Shown: positions 48,623 to 56,213 of the stretch, piece after piece
How the letters are laid out: each line of letters starts with the position of its first letter
Position numbering within the stretch: the first letter of the stretch is position 1
Assembly (NCBI GenBank): GCA_012862495.1
Contig: BLSG01000130.1
Coordinates: forward strand, 1 to 56,213
Length of the DNA: 56,213 nt
From: Thraustochytrium aureum
Taxonomy: Eukaryota
Direction: 5' to 3'
Made by a program: the position numbers and the translations under genes
The notes under the pieces: model-generated
What the model saw: only the letters and a program-made list of their open reading frames with translations
Told to the model about the DNA's origin: nothing
Databases searched by the model: none

Positions 48623-48985
48623 NNNNNNNNNNNNNNNNNNNNNNNNNNNNNNNNNNNNNNNNNNNNNNNNNNNNNNNNNNNNNNNNNNNNNNNNNNNNNN
48701 NNNNNNNNNNNNNNNNNNNNNNNNNNNNNNNNNNNNNNNNNNNNNNNNNNNNNNNNNNNNNNNNNNNNNNNNNNNNNNNNNNNNNNNNNNNNNNNNNNNN
48801 NNNNNNNNNNNNNNNNNNNNNNNNNNNNNNNNNNNNNNNNNNNNNNNNNNNNNNNNNNNNNNNNNNNNNNNNNNNNNNNNNNNNNNNNNNNNNNNNNNNN
48901 NNNNNNNNNNNNNNNNNNNNNNNNNNNNNNNNNNNNNNNNNNNNNNNNNNNNNNNNNNNNNNNNNNNNNNNNNNNNNNNNNNNNN

Positions 48986-50320
48986 TCGTCGAACGAGCGC
49001 CGGAGGCCGCTGTCCGTCGTCAACGCTGCAGCTGCGGGGATTGTCATCGTGGCGGGCCTCGTCGCAGCAGCCTTGATAGGCGCGGGCAGCCGCGGCGACC
49101 CGCGCTGGGCGAGGTTTGACGCCTGGTGTCGGGCCAACGGCGTCGGCCACGAGCTCGACCTGGTCGTCCTGCACGGATCCAGCGAAAACCGGGACACGGT
49201 CGCCAGCCGCGACTTGCGCCCGGGCGAGGCCGTCATGCGCGTCCCGCGAGCGGCGATGCTCACCGCCCATGATGTGGCAAGCCCTGCTGGGGCACAAGGG
49301 CTGCCACATCATGCGGCAGCGGCCTTGCAAGACCTCGCTCGGATGGAGCGCGAACGCCCGGCCTTTTCGACCTGGCGCCAGATGATCCTCGCGGTTGCAC
49401 TCATGTGGTACCGCCGCATGGAGCAGGCGGGTGTCGCAACGCGATGGGGCGGGTACGTCGGAGTGCTGCCGGCGCGCGTCGACGGCCTCCCGCGCCACGC
49501 GGACGCAGCAACTCTGCAGATTTTGAACGGCACGGCTGCCCTCGCTCGGGCCCAAGGCCGGACGCGCAACTTTGTCGAAGAGTTCGAGCACCTCTCCTCG
49601 CACGCCGCGTTGCACGGAGCGAATTTCTCCGTTGAAGACTACCTTTGGGGGCGCGAGATGGTAGACTCGCGCTGCTTTAGCCTTGAGCTTGCGCCAGGCA
49701 AGCAGGACGTCGCGATGGTGCCCGTTGCTGACATGCCCAACCACGACAATGTCAACTGCGCGCTCTCCCACGACATGGACGAGAGGGGGGACTTCGTGGC
49801 TTCCTCGCGCTGTGCACTGCCCCGGGGGGGGCTCGTGCTCAACTGGTACGGCAAGTGGGGCAACAGCGTGCTTTTGGCGCAATGGGGATTCGCGCTCCCC
49901 AACAACCCGTACAACAGCGAGGACGTCCGAGTGCGCGGCGGCGATGGCCGGGTCGCCGTCGCGTGCCGCGTGTGGGCCGATGCGGCCAAGGGGATCTCGG
50001 ACTGCGCGCCGCGGCTCGCCGCCCACTTTATGGATGCAAGGGCCACCAGCCGCTTGCTGGCGGTCGATTTGGCCCTCGGGCACTTGGTGGCCAAAGCGCG
50101 CGGCCGCCTCGAGGCGCTGCCCCTGCTCGAGGCCGAGGCTCGGCCGCTCGCAGCCCTTCCGCTAGAGATCCGAAGCGCGATTCTTGCGCGCAAAGCTGAG
50201 CGAGCTGTTTGGGACCTTGCCCTGCAGCAGGCTGGGCAGGCGCGTTGGGCGTTGCGTGCCGAGGTGCGCAACGCCTCCCACCGCGACCTATTCGCTGGCG
50301 TTTCCGTCTCGCTGCCCTAG
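48986..50320 (+). CDS. SET-domain methyltransferase, Rubisco-LSMT/SETD3-like; 5' end in gap
   Basis: VASRDLRPGEAVMRVP, WGGYVGVLP, YLWG..VDSRCF, MVPVADMPNH, VLNWYG..NSVLLAQWGF..NNPY. Confidence 0.85.
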   Translation, partial: SSNERRRPLSVVNAAAAGIVIVAGLVAAALIGAGSRGDPRWARFDAWCRANGVGHELDLVVLHGSSENRDTVASRDLRPGEAVMRVPRAAMLTAHDVASPAGAQGLPHHAAAALQDLARMERERPAFSTWRQMILAVALMWYRRMEQAGVATRWGGYVGVLPARVDGLPRHADAATLQILNGTAALARAQGRTRNFVEEFEHLSSHAALHGANFSVEDYLWGREMVDSRCFSLELAPGKQDVAMVPVADMPNHDNVNCALSHDMDERGDFVASSRCALPRGGLVLNWYGKWGNSVLLAQWGFALPNNPYNSEDVRVRGGDGRVAVACRVWADAAKGISDCAPRLAAHFMDARATSRLLAVDLALGHLVAKARGRLEALPLLEAEARPLAALPLEIRSAILARKAERAVWDLALQQAGQARWALRAEVRNASHRDLFAGVSVSLP

Positions 50321-50840
50321 CGCGTGGGGCGGTGGCAGATCCGGCCCGACCCGCCACGAGCAGCGCAAGCAGTCACGTAGCCTCTGGAGCTACAGCCAGG
50401 GCGGGCGGCCCCGTCCACTCTTGCCAGACAAGCTCGCGTGGCACGACTCACCCCGCGCACTTGATTCATTTTCCTGAGACCGTCATCCTCGTCGCACAAC
50501 GCACGCGCGCATCAGCCCGGCCCGCATCTTCTTGCCATCGCGTCTGACAAGGTTGCTCGCCTCGAAGCAACTCAATTCCCTCAAGCTTTCACGCGTCCTG
50601 TTTGTTTGCCCAGCACCGAGACGGGGCTGAAGGCCGCCAACCCCAAACCAATTTCTCAGCTTGCGAATTTACATTGACGAGCACCGAGCGGTTGTGCGGG
50701 CGACTTGACTGCGCTACACCCGAATGGACAAACGTCGTCGTGATACGAAGACAAAAGAACTGCATCCTGTTGCACGAGCGCTTACTCAGTATGTACTCTA
50801 CAAGGACACTCTTCCGTGAACCAAGGATCGTGGACGTTCA

Positions 50841-53800
50841 TCATTTCCTTGCCGGGTACATCGCGAGCAATTCCTCGCGATCATCACGGTTGTCTTCGGG
50901 AAACAGCCGCTCTCGAATCGCGGATGCGAGCTCACTCAGACCCTTCTCTAACTTGGCGTCACTTTCCAGCAGGGCGACAAGCTCTGGAACAGTCCTCACC
51001 TCGCCGTCCGGCTTCTCCAAGTCGCTTTTGACCACAGAAACGTACAGTTTGGCCGCAATGACCATCAAGCCAGACCAAAACGCATTCTTGCGTCCACCTC
51101 GAATCTCCATCTCCTCCACAAGAACAAGTGGCACGAAGTCTTCCGCCAGCTTTTGGCTCTGCGCGTAGAGGAACTCCTTTCCGCAATTGCCGTTTTGGCG
51201 TTTTTTTCGCACCTTGTTGCTGTACTCTGTGGTGAGGCAAACGCAAAACGTCTGGGACTGGTCGATCCCATCACTCATGGCCATATCGACGTTGTCGCGC
51301 ACCTCGCTCTGATCCACCCAGCACTTTATTTTGTGGCGAGACTCGAGTTTGTTTGCAATGGCTAGAACCCAGTTGTGAGTGCGACCCGCCTCGCCCCAGC
51401 TGTGCGACATGAACGTGTCGAATGGGGTTCGAAGCCTCGTTGATAGACGCAAAACCTCGTTGCACATTGCCCTCACGTCACGGAGGTCCGAAAACTCGCC
51501 AAACTCGCGTCGAAGCATGTCCTCCATTCTGGCTTTGGCTCCGTCCTTGGGATCTAGCTGGAGGCTGTCGAGCTGGATACGCTCACACCGAAGGTACATG
51601 AAGATGAGCTTGACCTGCTTGTCGACTTCCTCGAGTATGTCGATGGGCTTGTTACTCGATTCGAGCTGGTGTTCGATGGCTTGGCGAATCTCGACTTTAA
51701 CCGCGTAAGCCTCAAGCGCCAAAAGCCCCTCGTTCGCCTTGGCCGTGCGAATCGTCGCCCGGATCATATCGTCGGTACCAACCTCCTTGAAGCTGCCAAG
51801 TCGAGACCGCTCAACCTTAGGAGCACCGTTTGCTGTTTCGTATACCTTGACCGCGACATCCTGGGGACCAAGTGCTTGGAGATCGCGAAGGAACGCACCC
51901 GATTTTCCATTCCTGGTAAGCACAAGTCGCTCCACGGGGACGTACACAAAAGCTTGGTGAAGGATCTCCTCCATTTGACGCGTCAGCTGCCCAAATGTTC
52001 GCTTCAAATTTGCCAAGTCTCCAGGCTTGGTCGCGTAGACCGTGCAGCGGATGTCCACGCGGCCGCTCTGCGACGGGTCGCGGCCCTCGGTCAGCCTAAC
52101 GTCCACAGTCTGCAGGCCCTCGCCGCTTGGCCGGAACGAAGCTGTAGCGCAGTCCTCCTTGACCACATCGAGCTGCACCAGGCGGTGGCACCTCGCCACG
52201 AACCGGAGGAAAAGCCCGTGCGGGATGAACGCGTAAAACTCGTACCGCTGCCAAAGAACCTTCCCAGCAGAGAGGGACTTGCGGAATGACGTGGACAGCG
52301 ACGAGCGTCGGGAGCTACGCGGTCTGTTCGGATGCTCGGCTTTGCGGCCACCAACTGCACCGTTGCTCCCAACGAACCCGGATCGAAGAAGCAGCGGCAC
52401 CATAANNNNNNNNNNNNNNNNNNNNNNNNNNNNNNNNNNNNNNNNNNNNNNNNNNNNNNNNNNNNNNNNNNNNNNNNNNNNNNNNNNNNNNNNNNNNNNN
52501 NNNNNNNNNNNNNNNNNNNNNNNNNNNNNNNNNNNNNNNNNNNNNNNNNNNNNNNNNNNNNNNNNNNNNNNNNNNNNNNNNNNNNNNNNNNNNNNNNNNN
52601 NNNNNNNNNNNNNNNNNNNNNNNNNNNNNNNNNNNNNNNNNNNNNNNNNNNNNNNNNNNNNNNNNNNNNNNNNNNNNNNNNNNNNNNNNNNNNNNNNNNN
52701 NNNNNNNNNNNNNNNNNNNNNNNNNNNNNNNNNNNNNNNNNNNNNNNNNNNNNNNNNNNNNNNNNNNNNNNNNNNNNNNNNNNNNNNNNNNNNNNNNNNN
52801 NNNNNNNNNNNNNNNNNNNNNNNNNNNNNNNNNNNNNNNNNNNNNNNNNNNNNNNNNNNNNNNNNNNNNNNNNNNNNNNNNNNNNNNNNNNNNNNNNNNN
52901 NNNNNNNNNNNNNNNNNNNNNNNNNNNNNNNNNNNNNNNNNNNNNNNNNNNNNNNNNNNNNNNNNNNNNNNNNNNNNNNNNNNNNNNNNNNNNNNNNNNN
53001 NNNNNNNNNNNNNNNNNNNNNNNNNNNNNNNNNNNNNNNNNNNNNNNNNNNNNNNNNNNNNNAGCGCGTGGGTCATGTAGTACTCCTCCTGGCCGCCAAA
53101 GTCCCACAACGAGATCTCGCCGCCTCCCGAGCTGCCCTCGACGTCAAACTCGATGCTGTGGATGTCCACGCTAATGGTAGCACGAAAGTCGTCGTTCGCT
53201 GGCGTTGGGTTGGCTTTGAGGCCTTTTGCTTTCAGGGCGCGCGTCAAGCTCGTCTTGCCAACGCCCGCGGGGCCCACAACAAGCACCTTGACCCGGTGCA
53301 CCGTATCGGGGCTGAAAAGGACGCCCTCTAGAAAAACGATGGTGGCCTTAGCCGAGTCCTCCGAGTCGCGGTTGAGAACTTCGGCTGGAGCTAGCGGCAC
53401 GGGGAGACTGGACTGGTCGGCGAGCTTGGCGGAATGCCGAGTCGCCACTGCGCGTGCGTCACCCCTGTTAATGGTGTTGTCGTCAATCGCACACTCGACG
53501 CGGACGAACGCAGCTAGAGCAATTTTCCCTTCGATACCGATACGGTTGTTCTCAAGACTGGTGTCGCTCTTTCGTTAGCGAGCGACGGTGAAAGGAAGGG
53601 AGGAGATGAAGATGCAGGTCTCTGCCATGCAAGCAGTACTCTAGAGGTAGAGCGGAGCAAGTAGAAAGGGAGGGAGAGAGCAGGTGCGCTCGAACACCGC
53701 CCTGCGACGCTCTTGCTCCAACGACTTACCGCAGCACCCTAAGCGTCACGTTGGTCCTGAGCGCCTTGCCGAGTTCGGCAGCGCCTGCATCTGAAATTAA

Positions 53801-54394
53801 GTTGTCGAAAAGACTGTTTTTGTGGTGATGTGGTAGAGTAGTTTGTGGCCGTGCGAGTGGATAGCGGAAGGAAGGCAGCGGTTATGTTCATCCGTTAGCG
53901 AGCGAAGGAGGAGGATGAGGGAGAAGAGAGCGGACACGATGCATCGCATGGCGGCGCTATTGATACAGAACTTACCCCAATGTAGTCAGCGTCGAGTTCG
54001 TCATGAGCGCCTTACCGAGCGCGTGAGCCCCTGCATCGGAGATTTCGTTGCTCCAAAGACTGTTGATAGATTGTCAGGACAAAACCTGGCCGATGCTGCT
54101 TGTAGACGCTCTTCACGCTGCCTTGAAAAGCCATGCATACATTGATACGACGACTTACTCGAGTCTGGTCACCGTGTTGTTGTCTTTGAGGACCTTTGCC
54201 AGTGCTTCAGCGCCTGCGTTGCCGATTTTTCGGCTATCAAGGCTATATATTTGTGCGAGAGCTTGTTAGTTGGCATCTTCGTCCGCGGCAGACCTCGCCA
54301 ATCAGCTCGCCTGGCAGCCGTAAACTCACTTGATCTCCTTCTCGCCGCGCTTGATCGCGTCCAGCGCCTCGTCCACACTCTTCAACCAGACCAT
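50841..54394 (-). CDS. Roco protein LRR-ROC-COR-TIR. Exons 54394-54330, 54242-54159, 54059-53976, 53813-53730, then 53557 onward across gap 52406-53062 to stop at 50841
   Basis: Spliced 5' end reads MVWLKSVDEALDAIKRGEKEIN/LDSRKIGNAGAEALAKVLKDNNTVTRL/LWSNEISDAGAHALGKALMTNSTLTTL/LFDNLISDAGAAELGKALRTNVTLRVL/LENNRIG. ROC: GPAGVGKTS, ATISVD, LWDFGGQEEYYMTH. COR-like FIPHGLFLRFVAR. TIR: FDTFMSHSWG..CWVDQ..MSDGIDQS..LTTEY..NCGKEFLYA. Confidence 0.88.
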
Positions 54395-54598
54395 CCTGCT
54401 TGTCGAAACCTTCTCCAGCGCCGCAGCCTCGCTCGCCCTCTCCTTGCCTTGCCTCGCCGCTTGCCTTGCGCCGTCGCTCCCTTTCCTTGCGCCCGTTGCT
54501 CACGCGTTTTTGGTCTGCCCATCCGGTCCAGTGACTCGCTTCAGCCTTTCCGCACCCACATGTGCAATGGCGTGACGTGTCATAAGTAGGTAGAGTAC

Positions 54599-55905
54599 CT
54601 TGTGGAAATCCGGAGCATTTCAAAATTCATGAAATAAACCCAAGCGCAGAATGCGAGAGACGAGAGGCCGCTGAACTGATGTGCTATGCGGTGCTCTCAG
54701 TCCAGTCGGGTGAAGTACTCTACGTCGATGCTTCACCAACGGAAAAGTGTGTGCAGATTGCGAGGGGTGAGAGGCCCCTGAACTGATGTGCAGATTGCGA
54801 GGGATGAGACGCTGAACGGTGCACTCTCTCTACTAGCTAGCTTAGAGAGAAGCTACTTTTTAGAGCTAGCGCCCTCCTCTACTAACCACTGCACCCGTTG
54901 CTCGAGTATACTCAGAGACAGAAGCAGTAGCACACACTTTTCCGTTGTGTAGGATTGACGTACTAGTAGAGTGCTGCAGAAATAAGTACTCCATCACGAA
55001 GACGGGAGGCGCGACCTCAAAAGAAAAGTGAAAGAAACAGGCAATAAAACCGCGCCAAGAGTTAGGCCTATGCCTGGCTCTTGCTTGTCTCTGAGCTTTT
55101 TCGAGCAATGGGTGCAGAAGTACTCTAGTGGAGGGCACGGATAAAAATTCGCTAGAGAGGGTGCACCGCCGCATAGCATATCAGTTCAGCGGCCTCTCAT
55201 TCCGAGGCTCCTCGCAATTTGATTGAAGCAAGTTGAACACACTTTTCCAATGCTCCCTCCCTGCTTCTTTCCTCTGTTGTGGCTCAACCTACCACGGAGG
55301 CCACCTACTCGCTTGGAATCCATCCCCAACTTGATTACCTCGTCCCTGTGAGCGGTTTCAAAGTCCTCCTATCATGATCGATCGCTGTGCGTGATTGGGC
55401 TGCGCGAGGGCTGTCTCTCTACCTACTAGCTCTCTAAGAGCTCAAGTAGAGCTCGAGAGCCTCTGAGAGAGAGCTCTACTCTAGCTAGAGTATGATTTAC
55501 AGTAGAGCATCTGACGCACAGTTGTGCTCAATCATGAGCGGCAACTTGCCGGCAAAAGAAGGTTCGAGTCCAGTCACGGTCTGGTGAGGTGATCGATTCC
55601 CAGATTGCTGCTCAACTGGCCCCAAGAGGTTGATTGGCGAGGAGGCTGTCTCACTGCTGCAGCACTCTTCTGCTCCGGGACTCTACGTCGGTGCTACAGC
55701 AACGGAAAAGTGTGTGCTATGCGGTGCACTACGGTAAGTCCAGTCAAGTGAGGCAGGCGGTTGGGTGAGGCAAGGAGGAGGTCGGATCCGTTCCGCCTCC
55801 TTGGGCGAGGTCACATCGATCGATTCCGCTCAACTGGCCCCAAGGTGAGGAGGCTGTCTCACTGCTGCAGCACTCTACTCATAAAATGCTTTGGATTTCC
55901 ACAAG
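54599..55905. mobile_element. Putative non-autonomous or decayed element bounded by imperfect 22-bp inverted repeats, with internal direct and inverted repeats
   Basis: CTTGTGGAAATCCGGAGCATTT (54599-54620) matches the reverse complement of 55884-55905 at 20/22. No transposase ORF and no clear target-site duplication. Confidence 0.4.
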
Positions 55906-56213
55906 CCTTCTGCTCGATTTCAAGAAATCAACGCAATAAATACCACGGGAACGGACAAGCGCACGTCGAGCAGACCGATGAACTGGAGCAGACACCGAAT
56001 GCACTCTCGCTCCAGCTCTTCCTGGAGTAGCGGCGAGGCGGCACGGCTGCGGCGAGTGTCCAAGTGAGCGAGCTGATCAAACGACGCAGATGAGGAAGAT
56101 GGGCTGGCTTAGTCGTAAGGAAGGCGGAAGCGGTGCAGCGGAGCAGACCGCGGCGTCGGGGAGGTGGAAGGAGGCGTCGGAAGGCCCTAAGCCAAAGGCA
56201 GGTGCGTCGCGAT

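Noticed and set aside
45686..50320. 1544-aa TPR-HEAT-SET fusion in the ORF track
   Set aside because: Artefact of translating through two N gaps; three separate genes are more likely.
55880..56080. Possible terminal exon of a neighbouring minus-strand gene (LLQEELERECIRCLLQFIGLL...)
   Set aside because: A plausible CAG acceptor exists, but there is no recognisable domain and the context is cut by the window edge.
54400..56213. Reservoir of orphan LRR exons upstream of the Roco gene
   Set aside because: By eye I found no further 84-nt LRR-encoding cassettes on either strand.

Overview
Gene-dense, GC-rich eukaryotic scaffold with few introns, many N gaps and several single-base indels inside conserved genes. 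It is probably from a flagellated protist; a stramenopile or labyrinthulomycete is plausible but is inference only. Genes in order: stand-alone SYLF/Ysc84 protein; coclaurine-N-methyltransferase/CMAS-like SAM methyltransferase; glutaredoxin-DEP-DUF547 protein; membrane-anchored GH13 amylase-family enzyme head-to-head with a SUT/SLC45-type sugar transporter; CHASE-domain hybrid histidine kinase with two receivers; kelch-bearing outer-arm dynein alpha-type heavy chain; GT77-like glycosyltransferase fragment; TOR kinase with large insertions; a small two-exon gene; TPR-TMEM33-like protein; HEAT-repeat protein; SET-domain protein; and an LRR-ROC-COR-TIR (Roco) gene. The Roco gene is the most striking feature. 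The ORF track misses its 5' end, where three LRRs are each encoded by an exact 84-nt exon flanked by phase-2 introns, and its TIR domain keeps the catalytic Glu. Upstream of it lies about 1.3 kb of non-coding sequence bounded by inverted repeats.
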